Shown: one piece after another, positions 34,154 through 44,149 of the stretch
Numbering within the stretch: the first letter of the stretch is position 1
Layout of the letters: every line of letters begins with the position of its first letter
IMG/VR virus record: IMGVR_UViG_3300030207_000369
Coordinates: 1 to 48,245 of that record
DNA: 48,245 nucleotides
DNA from: a virus
Lineage: Duplodnaviria; Caudoviricetes
Strand: one strand, 5' to 3'
Made by a program: the position numbers and the translations under genes
Notes under the pieces: generated by a model
Databases searched by the model: none
The model's input: only the letters and a program-made list of their open reading frames with translations
Told to the model about the DNA's origin: nothing

Positions 34154-34513
34154 ATGGAAGAAAAAACAACAACAAGCGTTAATGTGATAGATTACATTAA
34201 AGATAACTACCCTACTACAGAAAGGGAGTTTCAAGTTCTTTTAAATGAAATGTATAAAACATTCTGTAAAAAACAATTTGATTACGGTCCAGGCAATATT
34301 GCTATGGGCGCTTCTTTAAAAAACGAAGAAGAAATCAATATGGCGTTACTAGGTATTATAGTAAGGCTTAATGATAAGATAAACAGACTAGTTAACTTAT
34401 CTACGAAACATAACTTCAAAGCAAAGAATGAGCCAATTGAAGATGCGTTTCTAGACATTGCTATATATGGAGTAATGGCGTTAATAGTCAAAAACCAGAA
34501 ATGGGGTAAATAA
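34154..34513 (+). CDS. DUF1599 / nucleotide-modification-associated domain 1 (all-alpha NTP pyrophosphatase-like)
   Basis: KKQFDYG, VRLNDKINRL, EPIEDAFLDIAIYG. Confidence 0.8.
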   Translation: MEEKTTTSVNVIDYIKDNYPTTEREFQVLLNEMYKTFCKKQFDYGPGNIAMGASLKNEEEINMALLGIIVRLNDKINRLVNLSTKHNFKAKNEPIEDAFLDIAIYGVMALIVKNQKWGK

Positions 34514-34641
34514 TGGCAAGAGCTAGAAAAACAGCCGCAAAGAAAGCACCTAAAAGAAAAGCAGTGCCTAGTTTGTGGACAAAGGTAGCAATGGGGTTAG
34601 AAAAATTACTTTCTTCCGCATTTCCAAAGAGGGGTCGATAA
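34513..34641 (+). CDS. 42-aa basic protein
   Basis: TAATG-coupled at both ends; MARARKTAAKKAPKRK... Confidence 0.5.
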   Translation: MARARKTAAKKAPKRKAVPSLWTKVAMGLEKLLSSAFPKRGR

Positions 34642-35372
34642 TGGCTAAATCTAAACTATGGTCTGATGAAGAGATAGTAATATTACATCAATACGAGAAA
34701 ACTAACAAGTCTGCGTTTACATTATATCAGGAATGTAGAAAAGCTGGATATAATAGAACCTATAAGGCAGTTACTCGTAAAATAGAATCTTTAGGATTTA
34801 GAAAACCTAAAAGATATGTTAATGGTCACGAAAAGTCAATTGGATACTTAGATATAGAATCTACTGGATTTAGTGCAAATATTGACGTAATGCTATCTTG
34901 GTGTATTAAAGGAAGAGGAGATAAGAAAGTAGCTGGTGCTTGTATTACCAGAGAAGAACTTATGTCTGATAAATCTGATGCACGTATTGTAGAATTATTA
35001 GTTGAGGAAATGAATAAGTATGATGTTATTATGACTTATTATGGAACAAGGTTTGATATTCCATTTATTCGTACTAGAGCATTATATCACGGAACACACT
35101 TTCCTTTGTATAAAACAAAGTCACATAAAGACTTATATTACGTAGTTAGGTCTAAATTAAAACTACATAGGTCTTCATTGATGGCTGCTACAGAGTTTTT
35201 TGGTATTGATGGAAAAACAAGAATCAAACCAGAATACTGGCAAAAAGCAAGATGGGGCGATAAAAAGTCTTTAAAGTATGTATATGAACATAATGTAGCT
35301 GATGTAGAGATATTAGAAGATTTACATAGAAAGCTAGAAGATTTTGCACCACCAACAGTTAACCCGCTATAA
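34641..35372 (+). CDS. DEDD 3'-5' exonuclease (RNase_H_2-like) with N-terminal HTH/Myb-like domain
   Basis: YLDIESTG, YYGTRFDIPF, HKDLY, HNVADV; N-terminal WSDEEI...RTYKAV. Confidence 0.85.
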   Translation: MAKSKLWSDEEIVILHQYEKTNKSAFTLYQECRKAGYNRTYKAVTRKIESLGFRKPKRYVNGHEKSIGYLDIESTGFSANIDVMLSWCIKGRGDKKVAGACITREELMSDKSDARIVELLVEEMNKYDVIMTYYGTRFDIPFIRTRALYHGTHFPLYKTKSHKDLYYVVRSKLKLHRSSLMAATEFFGIDGKTRIKPEYWQKARWGDKKSLKYVYEHNVADVEILEDLHRKLEDFAPPTVNPL

Positions 35373-35383
35373 TAGGAGAGAAT

Positions 35384-35620
35384 ATGGCAAAAAAGAAAAA
35401 TGAAGTTAATAAAAATGAAATTACCTTGAATTACGAAGGTAAAGACTATAACTTTGAATTTGACTCACTATCCGAAGAGGCAAAAGCTAACTATAGAAGA
35501 GCAAACGAAATAGCCGTTGATATGATGAAGCAAGAACAAGATGTTTCTGAGAAAAGATGGTTGTTAAATAGGTATGTTGCTGTTATTGTTGAAGAGCTTG
35601 ACTCAAAGGACAAGAAATAG
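35384..35620 (+). CDS. Hypothetical protein
   Basis: AGGAG RBS; 78 aa. Confidence 0.65.
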   Translation: MAKKKNEVNKNEITLNYEGKDYNFEFDSLSEEAKANYRRANEIAVDMMKQEQDVSEKRWLLNRYVAVIVEELDSKDKK

Positions 35621-35627
35621 TTAAATT

Positions 35628-36392
35628 ATGAAAACAAGAAAAGTAAATGGCGTAACTAGATATTTGTTTGAAAACATAGACGAATTTAGAGAGTATCACC
35701 CGGACACTACTATTTGTGATGACTGGAGACACGCTTCTGTAAATGACTGGATTGTTTCAGACGATGGTCAAGTTTGTCAAGTACTTTATGTTGGGTTGTT
35801 AAAAAAACCTGACAGAAAAAAAGAGACTACATTTGTTAGAACTATAATAGGTTCTTTTGTTTGTGGTCCAAACGTTACTATGACGGGAGAAATGCGTACT
35901 AATATGCATACTTTTGCAACAGATGGCAAATCTCCCTCAGTACGTAAGAAAGAAAGAACAAAAGCAACAGAAAAAGAATTTTTATTTGCTAAGTATGTAG
36001 CAAAAGGAGATGATGTTGTAGAAGCTTATATGAAATCATTTCCTAGTAAGAAAGAATCTTATGCAGCTTCACAAGCAAAACTGTTGCTTAAAACCGATAG
36101 GGTGAAAAAATTGATACGAGAAGAAGTAGATAAACATTTAAACGAAGCAGAGATTACACCTAAATATCTTTTAGAAGAGATGAGGAATGTAATAGATAAG
36201 TCTGAATCTAGTGATAGAGACAAACTTACGGCGTTAACAACATTAATGAAAATATCTGGAATGATGGACACTGAAAAGAAATCAGAGTCAATAACACTAT
36301 TCCAAGGATTTTCAAAGGAGCAACTAAATGCAATTCAAGAATCCAAATACGAAAAACTGGCTGAAGTTAAAAAAGATAGTAAAGAAGAATAG
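35628..36392 (+). CDS. Terminase small subunit-like protein with N-terminal extension
   Basis: C-terminal half FAKYV...VEAY...AKLLL...DKLTALTTLMKISG; upstream of the large terminase. Confidence 0.65.
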   Translation: MKTRKVNGVTRYLFENIDEFREYHPDTTICDDWRHASVNDWIVSDDGQVCQVLYVGLLKKPDRKKETTFVRTIIGSFVCGPNVTMTGEMRTNMHTFATDGKSPSVRKKERTKATEKEFLFAKYVAKGDDVVEAYMKSFPSKKESYAASQAKLLLKTDRVKKLIREEVDKHLNEAEITPKYLLEEMRNVIDKSESSDRDKLTALTTLMKISGMMDTEKKSESITLFQGFSKEQLNAIQESKYEKLAEVKKDSKEE

Positions 36393-36555
36393 ATGTCATA
36401 TATGTCATCATCAGCTAATTAAAACTGGTGTATATATGTGGGACACTACTAAAAAAGACTGTAATGGTCTTAAATGTTTTAATTGTCTTACTATTTATTC
36501 TCCTTCTTTTGAAATAAAAGAAATGGGAATACCTACAGTCGTTGGATATTCTTGA
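36328..36555 (+). CDS. Small Zn-finger protein
   Basis: CHIC...CFNC; start uncertain. Confidence 0.5.
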   Translation: MQFKNPNTKNWLKLKKIVKKNRCHICHHQLIKTGVYMWDTTKKDCNGLKCFNCLTIYSPSFEIKEMGIPTVVGYS

Positions 36556-36950
36556 TGAGATTAGCCGTATATGGAACTCTTAGAAGAGATTATCCTGTAA
36601 AAGGAAGAGTTGAAGGCTTTAGTTTAGTTTTTCCAGGAACACAGTCTTTTCCAGCATTAATAAAAAATGAAAAAGGAAAAGGTGCGGTTGTTGAATTAGT
36701 TGATGTAACTGAAGAAGAACTAAATATGTACGACCAGTATGAAGGAGTAGATAATGGTTTATATATTAGAACAACTGTTCCTGTGGTGTTAGATAATAAA
36801 AAAACTGAAAAAGCCTGGGTGTATGTTGCTGGTCCTCAATTATGGCAAAATTCTAATTCTTTTACAGAAGTGCCTGACGGAGATTGGCATTCTATGAAAA
36901 CATTAATAATGTTAGACAGGGTTTATGAAAAAGACTACAAGCAAGCCTGA
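36552..36950 (+). CDS. Gamma-glutamylcyclotransferase (AIG2-like)
   Basis: LAVYGTLR, FPAL, YDQYEG, YIRTTV, AWVYV. Confidence 0.9.
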   Translation: MMRLAVYGTLRRDYPVKGRVEGFSLVFPGTQSFPALIKNEKGKGAVVELVDVTEEELNMYDQYEGVDNGLYIRTTVPVVLDNKKTEKAWVYVAGPQLWQNSNSFTEVPDGDWHSMKTLIMLDRVYEKDYKQA

Positions 36951-38511
36951 ATCATTTAATATAATACCTCCAGACTTATCTCAAAAGGAACAAGCTTTAG
37001 AGTTAGCAAAAAAAGATATTATTACTTTTGGTCAAATGTTTTTACCTGAAGATTTTATGAAATCAAGTCCTGCTCCTTATCAATATGAATTAAGTAACTT
37101 GCTTTTAGGAAATGAAAAAAGAGCTTGTATTATACTACCTCGTGGTCACGCAAAATCTACATTAGCAAAAACAGCATTATTGTATCAACTATATTTTGCT
37201 CCACCTGAAAAGAAACAGTTTATAGCTTGGGTATCTGAAGAACAATCACAGGCTATTGACCATATTAAATATATACAAAATCATATTGATATTAATCCTG
37301 CTTTACAATATTACTTTGGAGACTTAAAAGGTAGTAAGTGGACAGAAAAAGAATTTACTACAGCTAGAGGAGATAGGATTATAGCAAAAGGTACATCACA
37401 AAGATTGCGTGGACGTTCTCAGTTAGGGTTGCGTTATACTAATATTATACTTGATGACTTTGAATCAGAATTAAATACTAAAACACCAGATAGAAGAAGG
37501 GAAATTAAAGAATGGGTAATGTCTACGGTAGAGCCCGCATTAGAAAACTCAAAAGAAAACGAAGGTTCAATATGGCTTATTGGTACAATAGTCCATTACG
37601 ACTCTTTTCTACAAGGCGTCTATGACGGTTGGCTAGATGCTAAGAAAGAAGGAAGAAAATCTCCTTGGCAAGTATTGTATAAAAAAGCTATAGTAGATGG
37701 AGTTCCTTTGTGGCCAAACTATTTTACAAAGAAAAAGCTTGATGACATTAAAGCAAGGTTTTCTGATATGGGGCTTGTTCATAAATTTGCTCAGGAATAT
37801 CTGAATGAAGCTAGAGATTTAGAAACTGCTAAGTTTAAAATAGATAGAATTAACAAATACAAAGGTCACGTAGAAAATAGAAATGGATTTAATTATTTAA
37901 TGATAGATGAATCTGCTATTCCTGTTAATGTTTATATGGGAGTAGACCTTGCCTATGAGGCAAATGCTAAAAGTGACTTTCAGGTTATAATGACTATTGC
38001 TATAGATAGTGATAGAAATATATATATAATAGATTATTATAGAGAACACTCTCCTTTGTATGATATGCCTAGAACTATTATTGACTACGCTAGAAGATAT
38101 CACCCTGTAAGAAGAGTTAACGTTGAAAAAGTTGGAGCTCAAGGTTTAATTAAAGACCACGTTAATAAACTAGCTGGTAAAGATAGAAAATTAGCTCCAG
38201 GATTATCTCAAGGAGTAAGACCTCCTGGAGGTATTAAAAAAGAAGATAGGTTAGAAGCATTGCTTTGTCCTATTGTAAATGGAAGAAAGTTATTTATAAA
38301 ACAAGAACACGAAGGTATTGTAGATGAAATGTTTGAGTTTCCAAAAGGTAGAAATGATGACCTTCTTGACGGACTTTGGTATGCTGTAACTACTGCAAAA
38401 CCGCCTAAAAGTTCTGCCGTCGATATAGCAACTTTAGACGAAAGATTAGCAAATAGAGAGAAAAATATAGCGTCTAGAGCAATTAATTGGGTCACAGGAC
38501 AAAAAATATAA
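36925..38511 (+). CDS. terL: Terminase large subunit
   Basis: PRGHAKST Walker A, IILDDFE Walker B, FAQEY, GVDLA, DDLLDG. Confidence 0.95.
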   Translation: MKKTTSKPESFNIIPPDLSQKEQALELAKKDIITFGQMFLPEDFMKSSPAPYQYELSNLLLGNEKRACIILPRGHAKSTLAKTALLYQLYFAPPEKKQFIAWVSEEQSQAIDHIKYIQNHIDINPALQYYFGDLKGSKWTEKEFTTARGDRIIAKGTSQRLRGRSQLGLRYTNIILDDFESELNTKTPDRRREIKEWVMSTVEPALENSKENEGSIWLIGTIVHYDSFLQGVYDGWLDAKKEGRKSPWQVLYKKAIVDGVPLWPNYFTKKKLDDIKARFSDMGLVHKFAQEYLNEARDLETAKFKIDRINKYKGHVENRNGFNYLMIDESAIPVNVYMGVDLAYEANAKSDFQVIMTIAIDSDRNIYIIDYYREHSPLYDMPRTIIDYARRYHPVRRVNVEKVGAQGLIKDHVNKLAGKDRKLAPGLSQGVRPPGGIKKEDRLEALLCPIVNGRKLFIKQEHEGIVDEMFEFPKGRNDDLLDGLWYAVTTAKPPKSSAVDIATLDERLANREKNIASRAINWVTGQKI

Positions 38512-38519
38512 CTTAATCC

Positions 38520-38549
38520 TTGACTTAAACGTCAGAAAATTAGTATTTT
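38520..38549 (+). promoter_or_regulatory. Promoter upstream of the portal gene
   Basis: TTGACT-18-TATTTT. Confidence 0.4.
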
Positions 38550-38572
38550 AAACATAAAAATAATGGGAGTAT

Positions 38573-40579
38573 ATGGCACAATACGACGAAACAAACAAAA
38601 GTAAACCTCAAATTACTAAAGAACTCTTTAGAAGATGGAGAGATGCAAGGCAAACTTGGGACTTAGAAGCAAGAGATGCCGTTGATTTTGTTTTAGGAAA
38701 TCATTTTAGCGCAGAAGAATCAAATGCGTTAGCATCTGTAGGTCAAGCAGACTTTGTTATTGACAGAGTTTATGCTGCGGTAGATAAATTAAAATCTTTA
38801 CTTACAGCTCAACCAGCAAAATTTTCTGCTATAGGTAGAGAAGATTCTGATAATAAACTTTCTAATATATGGAAAACAATATTAGAATATATTTGGGACA
38901 TATCAAAAGGTGATACTGTTTTTAAACAAGTAGTTCACGATTATGCTGTACAAGGTCTTGGATATATGTATGTATATATGGACCCAGAAGCTGATTACGG
39001 AAGAGGCGAAATAAAATATACGCACGTTGACCCTTTTAGAGTATATGTAGACCCTGCATCTAGAGACAGGTTTTTTCACGATGCTTCTGGAATTATTCTT
39101 TCTACTTTTCTTACTAGACAACAAGTTTTAGATTTATATCCAGAGTTAGAAGAAAACATTGACGATATAGCGGTTGGAGAAAATTCTTTGTATGGAGAAG
39201 ACTATCCTTCTTCTAGTAGAAAGAACACTCAAAACGTACTTACTCCAGCAGAGGCAAAAAATTTAGATTACAATGTTAATCAAAAATATCAAATATTAGA
39301 TAGATTTTACAAAGTAAGAGTTCCTTTTTATAGGTTATTTAATACTAGTAATGGTAGCGAAAAAATTATTAATGCAGAAATTTATGCAAACATATTGCAA
39401 GAAGAACAAAATGTTCAAGCTATAGCTTCGGGAGCAATAGAAATAGAAGAAGTAGACCAAACAAGAATTATGCAATGCACTAGCATTGGAGATATTTTAT
39501 TATATGAGCGTGTTTTAAACACTGATATATACCCAATTGTTCCTTTCGCGAATATTTGGACTAATACTCCCTATCCAAAATCAGATGTGAATAAGGTTAA
39601 GGACTCTCAGAGACTTTTAAATAAGTTATTCTCTTTGACCTTATCGCACGCTCAATCAGCTGCAGGATTAAAACTTTTAATACCTGAGGGCAGTGTAGAT
39701 AATGTAAGTCAATTAGAGAAAGATTGGGCTAATCCAAATGCGGTTATAGAATACAATCCAGAATTTGGTGAACCTCATTATCCACAACCAGCTCCTTTAA
39801 CTAGTGAGTTTTATTATTTAATTGATAGGGTAGAAAAATATATAGATTTAAACTTTGGTATTCCAGAGTTATTACAAGGATTTAAAGACCAAGCCCCAGA
39901 ATCTGTTAGAGGTACAATGCTTTTATCAGAAATGGGTGAGTCTAGAGGAAAGTCTAAGTTAAGAGATATTGAAGCTTCACTTAGTCAAGTAGGTCAAGTC
40001 ATATATAATATGGCTAAAGACCATTATAAATTCCAAAAAACATTTAGAATTGTACAACCAAATAATGATATAACAGAATTTACTGTTAATATGAGACTGT
40101 ACGATGATAAATCTAATGAAATTGGTGCTCTTGAAAATGATATTGCATTAGGGCAGCACGACATTAGAATAATATCAGGTTCAACTTTACCTAGTAACAA
40201 GGTCGCAGAATACAATATGTACCTTGATGCGTATAAGTTAGGTCTGGTAGATGACGTTGAGGTTTTGAAGAAAAGCGAAATCTTTGACAAAGAAGGTGTT
40301 CTTCAAAGAAAAGGACAAATGGCACAAATGAAACAGTACATATCACAGCTTGAAGGTCAAGTGAAAAAGCTCAGTGGAGATTTACAAACAGCTGAAAGAG
40401 AAACAGTCGGAGCTCGTAAAAGAGTTGAGACAGAGAAGTTTAAGTCTCAGTTGAATGAAATACTTACAGATTCAAAGGGCAAAGAAAAAGAAAAAATGAT
40501 GGAACTTGGAAATTTGACAGACCAAATGGCTAGAAACTTTGAAGACGAAAAGAAAAACAACCCTGGTTCCGAGCAATAA
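38573..40579 (+). CDS. Portal protein (P22-like)
   Basis: Follows terL; DPFRVYVDP, YPIVPF, KDSQRLLNK; C-terminal coiled coil. Confidence 0.9.
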   Translation: MAQYDETNKSKPQITKELFRRWRDARQTWDLEARDAVDFVLGNHFSAEESNALASVGQADFVIDRVYAAVDKLKSLLTAQPAKFSAIGREDSDNKLSNIWKTILEYIWDISKGDTVFKQVVHDYAVQGLGYMYVYMDPEADYGRGEIKYTHVDPFRVYVDPASRDRFFHDASGIILSTFLTRQQVLDLYPELEENIDDIAVGENSLYGEDYPSSSRKNTQNVLTPAEAKNLDYNVNQKYQILDRFYKVRVPFYRLFNTSNGSEKIINAEIYANILQEEQNVQAIASGAIEIEEVDQTRIMQCTSIGDILLYERVLNTDIYPIVPFANIWTNTPYPKSDVNKVKDSQRLLNKLFSLTLSHAQSAAGLKLLIPEGSVDNVSQLEKDWANPNAVIEYNPEFGEPHYPQPAPLTSEFYYLIDRVEKYIDLNFGIPELLQGFKDQAPESVRGTMLLSEMGESRGKSKLRDIEASLSQVGQVIYNMAKDHYKFQKTFRIVQPNNDITEFTVNMRLYDDKSNEIGALENDIALGQHDIRIISGSTLPSNKVAEYNMYLDAYKLGLVDDVEVLKKSEIFDKEGVLQRKGQMAQMKQYISQLEGQVKKLSGDLQTAERETVGARKRVETEKFKSQLNEILTDSKGKEKEKMMELGNLTDQMARNFEDEKKNNPGSEQ

Positions 40580-40605
40580 GCTAAATCAGGAGAGGAGAAA
40601 AAAAA

Positions 40606-41370
40606 ATGGCAAAAGAACAAGAACAACAACAGGTTGAACAGAAAGACCCAATAACTGAGTCTGCAGAGGTAGAAAGTATCTCAGTAGAACCAGAAGAAGT
40701 TGCTGAAGGTGCAGAAACATCTGAAGAGGTAAATTGGGAAGCAGAAGCTAAAAAGTTTCAATCAATGTACGACAAAAAAACAGCAGAGCACGAAACTCTT
40801 AGAACTGAGTCGAGAGATTTAATTCAATTAAGAGATACGTTAAACTCTAGACCTGAATTAGTAGACGTTATTGAAAAGCAACTTTCCGGACAATCCGATG
40901 CGGGCATAGAAAATGAGGGAAGTACAACCCCAGAAAACTTTGACCCTTGGGACGCCTATTACAAGCCAGAATCTGAATCCTACAAATTTAGAGTAGGTCA
41001 AGAGAAAAAGCTTGTACACGAGACAGTAGATAACGAATTGGCTAGACTTAAAAACGATATGGCGATGAATAATTTAAAAACAGAACTAGTAAATAAGCAC
41101 AATCTAGGGCAAGATGATGCTCAAGAGTTTTTACAGTTTGCAACTACACCGAAAGCTAACTTACCTATTGAAACCTTAATAAAGGTTTGGAAAGAAGGCA
41201 AAGGAGAAACTGCAAAACCTAATGAAAACAAAAAAGCTGTGCAAGCTGCTAAATCTGTTCCTAAACCAGCTGGAGTACTTCAAGGCGGCGAACAGCCACA
41301 AGCCTCAGAAGGAGACCAAGTTTGGGATAGAATTATGAACTCAAGTCGTGGCGGAAGATTAGCCAAATAA
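40606..41370 (+). CDS. Capsid scaffolding protein
   Basis: Acidic helical protein between portal and capsid. Confidence 0.7.
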   Translation: MAKEQEQQQVEQKDPITESAEVESISVEPEEVAEGAETSEEVNWEAEAKKFQSMYDKKTAEHETLRTESRDLIQLRDTLNSRPELVDVIEKQLSGQSDAGIENEGSTTPENFDPWDAYYKPESESYKFRVGQEKKLVHETVDNELARLKNDMAMNNLKTELVNKHNLGQDDAQEFLQFATTPKANLPIETLIKVWKEGKGETAKPNENKKAVQAAKSVPKPAGVLQGGEQPQASEGDQVWDRIMNSSRGGRLAK

Positions 41371-41385
41371 CTTTAGGAGACTAAA

Positions 41386-42759
41386 ATGGCTATAAATGAA
41401 GGAATATTGAAAGCTTCCAACATTACAGCAGCTGCTACCTCAGCTGGTTACGGTCAAGCACCTGACCAGAGAAAACTTTATGATTTCTCTGACAGAGTTG
41501 CCGAACTTACACCAGAAGAGTCACCGTTTTTTACCTACCTAAGTAATGTTTCTAAAGTAGCAACAGATGATAATGTATTCCGTTTTCTTGAAAACAGAAC
41601 ACAAATCAACTACACTGCAAGAACATTTAACTTAGACGCAGACGTAAATGGCGGTTCAGCAGTTTCTGCAGGAAGTGTTTACTCTTTCCAAGTTGATGAC
41701 GGCTCAGGTGCAGCGGTTAAATTCCTTACAAAAGGAATGGTATTCGCAGTAGGTGTGTTAGATTCAGCAGCAGGATACTCACAAGCTCTAGTAAGAGTTG
41801 AGTCAGGTCCAGTCGCAGGTTCAGCTGACACTACCTTCCAAGGTAGAATCATTGAACTTTCTGATGTTACTACTTCTGGTTATAACATTCTTTCAGATAA
41901 CGATGCTTGCCAAATTATTGGTACATCATTTGAAGAAGGTACTGCATCACCAGATACATTTAGTGATACATTAGACGACGGATTTGGTTATACACAAATC
42001 TTTAAGACAGCGTGTGAATTAACAAATACAGCAATAGCAACACGTCACCGTGGCTATGCTAATGAGTTCGACAGAATTTGGGCTCAAAAATTACGTGAAC
42101 ATAAAATTGACATTGAAAGAGCTATGCTCTTCGGTCAAAAAGCTCGCGTAAATGGCGTTCAGTATACTGAAGGTCTAGTAGGAAACATTCTAAAGAATGT
42201 AACTCCAGTAACAGATGACTCTGCATTATCTTATTCTTCAGGAAAAGGATATTACAGAAGTTGTACAACTGCTGAGTTAACATACGATAGATTGCTATCA
42301 GACTTAGAGGTTATATTTGACCCAGCAAGAGGCGGAGCAAGTGAAAAACTTGTTATGGCTTCTTTACCGGTGATTTCTTACTTTAACAAAATGGGCGATG
42401 GTGCGTTTATTGATGCATCAGCAGGTTCAGCTGCTAATATGCCTTACAGAATAAATATGGATAACGTAGATGGTGCATTCGGACACAAGTTAATGGAAAT
42501 TAACACTGTGCACGGAAGTATGTTCTTAGTTAAACAACCTTTATTCAGAGGTATTGCAAGTGGTATGATGATGATGGCTGATATGAGTCAGTTAGCATAC
42601 AGACCATTAGTGGGTAACGGTTTAAATCGTGATACTCAAATTATGACAAATGTACAAAGTGCAGATGAAGATTTGAGAAAAGATATGATTCTTACAGAAG
42701 CAGGTCTTGAAATCACATTACCAGAATCTCACGCTCTATATAACGTGGAGGGATTGTAA
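41386..42759 (+). CDS. Major capsid protein (SU10/DUF5309-like)
   Basis: PEESPFF, YTQIFKT, EHKIDIERAMLFG, TEAGLEI. Confidence 0.9.
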   Translation: MAINEGILKASNITAAATSAGYGQAPDQRKLYDFSDRVAELTPEESPFFTYLSNVSKVATDDNVFRFLENRTQINYTARTFNLDADVNGGSAVSAGSVYSFQVDDGSGAAVKFLTKGMVFAVGVLDSAAGYSQALVRVESGPVAGSADTTFQGRIIELSDVTTSGYNILSDNDACQIIGTSFEEGTASPDTFSDTLDDGFGYTQIFKTACELTNTAIATRHRGYANEFDRIWAQKLREHKIDIERAMLFGQKARVNGVQYTEGLVGNILKNVTPVTDDSALSYSSGKGYYRSCTTAELTYDRLLSDLEVIFDPARGGASEKLVMASLPVISYFNKMGDGAFIDASAGSAANMPYRINMDNVDGAFGHKLMEINTVHGSMFLVKQPLFRGIASGMMMMADMSQLAYRPLVGNGLNRDTQIMTNVQSADEDLRKDMILTEAGLEITLPESHALYNVEGL

Positions 42760-42760
42760 G

Positions 42761-43219
42761 ATGAAATCGAGTTATTTAAATGAAAACAGTGGTGTTAGTA
42801 ACGTAGACCTTAAAATTGTTAAGGTTCACGCAGACTATACTTTAACTAATAACCAAAGCGGTTCTTATGTTTTAGTAAATCCTACAGCAACAACAGAAAT
42901 TGACTTACCAGCTTTAGCTAGTGTGTCACTTGGTTGGCATTGTTCTATTATCTTAACAGAAGATGGAGATGGCGCAGACCAAGGTATGAATCAAAAAGTT
43001 AACATTGACTTTGGTTCTGGAAATGATGTAGTAGGACATACAGTAGCAGTTGATGGCGACGCAGGCGATATTGCGGTTGATGGCGATGATTTCATTGCTT
43101 GTACTGCAGCAGCTTCACCAGGAGACCGTTTTGACATCTTCACAGATGGCTCAAGATGGTATGTAAACGGACTAGTTGCAGACGCAAGTGAATGTCCGTT
43201 CGCAACAGCAGCTGGTTAA
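42761..43219 (+). CDS. Putative capsid decoration protein
   Basis: Follows the capsid gene with a GGAGG RBS; IDLPA...GWH...TDGSRWYV beta-rich. Confidence 0.6.
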   Translation: MKSSYLNENSGVSNVDLKIVKVHADYTLTNNQSGSYVLVNPTATTEIDLPALASVSLGWHCSIILTEDGDGADQGMNQKVNIDFGSGNDVVGHTVAVDGDAGDIAVDGDDFIACTAAASPGDRFDIFTDGSRWYVNGLVADASECPFATAAG

Positions 43220-43240
43220 TAACTAACAGCGAATAGTAAT

Positions 43241-43281
43241 TAGGTACTATGGAGTGGGTTAGATTCCCACTCCGAAACCTA
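43241..43281 (+). other. Stem-loop after the capsid genes
   Basis: TAGGT-actat-GGAGTGGG/CCCACTCC-gaa-ACCTA; no U tract. Confidence 0.55.
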
Positions 43282-43310
43282 TAAAGAATTTTAACTAATA
43301 GGAGAATAAA

Positions 43311-43508
43311 ATGGCTGATTATAATACAATTACAAAAGTAATTATCAACGAAGTTAGTCCAGAAGCTAGCGATGTAGCAGGTTCTTTAGCTAAAGAAATA
43401 AATGACTACATTCAAACTTTGGATAGTACTAACAACGCTATTGTTGATATACAAGCAGTAAGACTTGATAGAAGCAGAATTGCATATATTATTGTTTCAA
43501 CTGGATAA
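43311..43508 (+). CDS. Hypothetical protein
   Basis: AGGAG RBS. Confidence 0.65.
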   Translation: MADYNTITKVIINEVSPEASDVAGSLAKEINDYIQTLDSTNNAIVDIQAVRLDRSRIAYIIVSTG

Positions 43509-43511
43509 TAA

Positions 43512-43757
43512 ATGAAATGTCAACATTGCAATAAGCCAAATCCAGAGGGAATGTTTAACTGCCCTTCTTGTGGTCAGAGAGCGGCGGCACCTAAATGGAA
43601 TACAAACTTTGTTGTCAGGGAAAACAATCCTTGGGCAACAGCTATTAGAAAAGACCAGATTGATATAAGAACATTGTCCCAAGAAGAAGGAACTAAAAAG
43701 CTCAAAGAAGGAGCTTCTAAAACTTCTAAGAAGGGACCAGCAAGGAGGATACTATAA
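43512..43757 (+). CDS. Zn-ribbon protein
   Basis: CQHC...CPSCG. Confidence 0.7.
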   Translation: MKCQHCNKPNPEGMFNCPSCGQRAAAPKWNTNFVVRENNPWATAIRKDQIDIRTLSQEEGTKKLKEGASKTSKKGPARRIL

Positions 43758-43840
43758 TGCCAATGGGTAAAGGAACATACGGTAGTAAACGAGGAAGACC
43801 TAAAAAGAAAAAAGGGAAGAAACGTGGCAAGAAAAAGTAA
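43757..43840 (+). CDS. 27-aa basic peptide with AT-hook-like motif
   Basis: AGGAGG RBS; MPMGKGTYGSKRGRPKKKKGKKRGKKK. Confidence 0.6.
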   Translation: MPMGKGTYGSKRGRPKKKKGKKRGKKK

Positions 43841-44006
43841 AAAAAGAAAAGGCTTGTATGCAAACATACACGCTAAACGTAGACGTATTAAAGCAGGTTC
43901 AGGAGAAAGAATGAGAAAGCCTGGAAGTAAAGGCGCTCCTACTGCAGCTAATTTTAAAAGAGCTGCTAAAACTGCTAGAAAACGTCCTAAAGCAAGAAGA
44001 GGCTAA
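43824..44006 (+). CDS. Small basic protein
   Basis: GLYANIHAKRRRIKAGSGERMRKPGSKGAPT. Confidence 0.7.
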   Translation: MARKSKKRKGLYANIHAKRRRIKAGSGERMRKPGSKGAPTAANFKRAAKTARKRPKARRG

Positions 44007-44149
44007 TGAGAAGACCGGCTTTTGGAACGCAAGTTAGAATATCTAACGGTAAGAAAAAAACTAGGCAAGGTATGAGTAAAAATACTAAATATGGAAATAA
44101 GATGAGTAATAAATATTACAAGAAACAATACAGAGGACAAGGTAGATAA
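44006..44149 (+). CDS. 47-aa basic protein ending YRGQGR
   Basis: TAATG-coupled at both ends. Confidence 0.6.
   Translation: MRRPAFGTQVRISNGKKKTRQGMSKNTKYGNKMSNKYYKKQYRGQGR

Noticed and set aside
34154-35372. DNA hypermodification pathway implied by DUF1599
   Set aside because: No polymerase, kinase, thymidylate synthase or transferase partners seen; the site avoidance also suggests unmodified DNA
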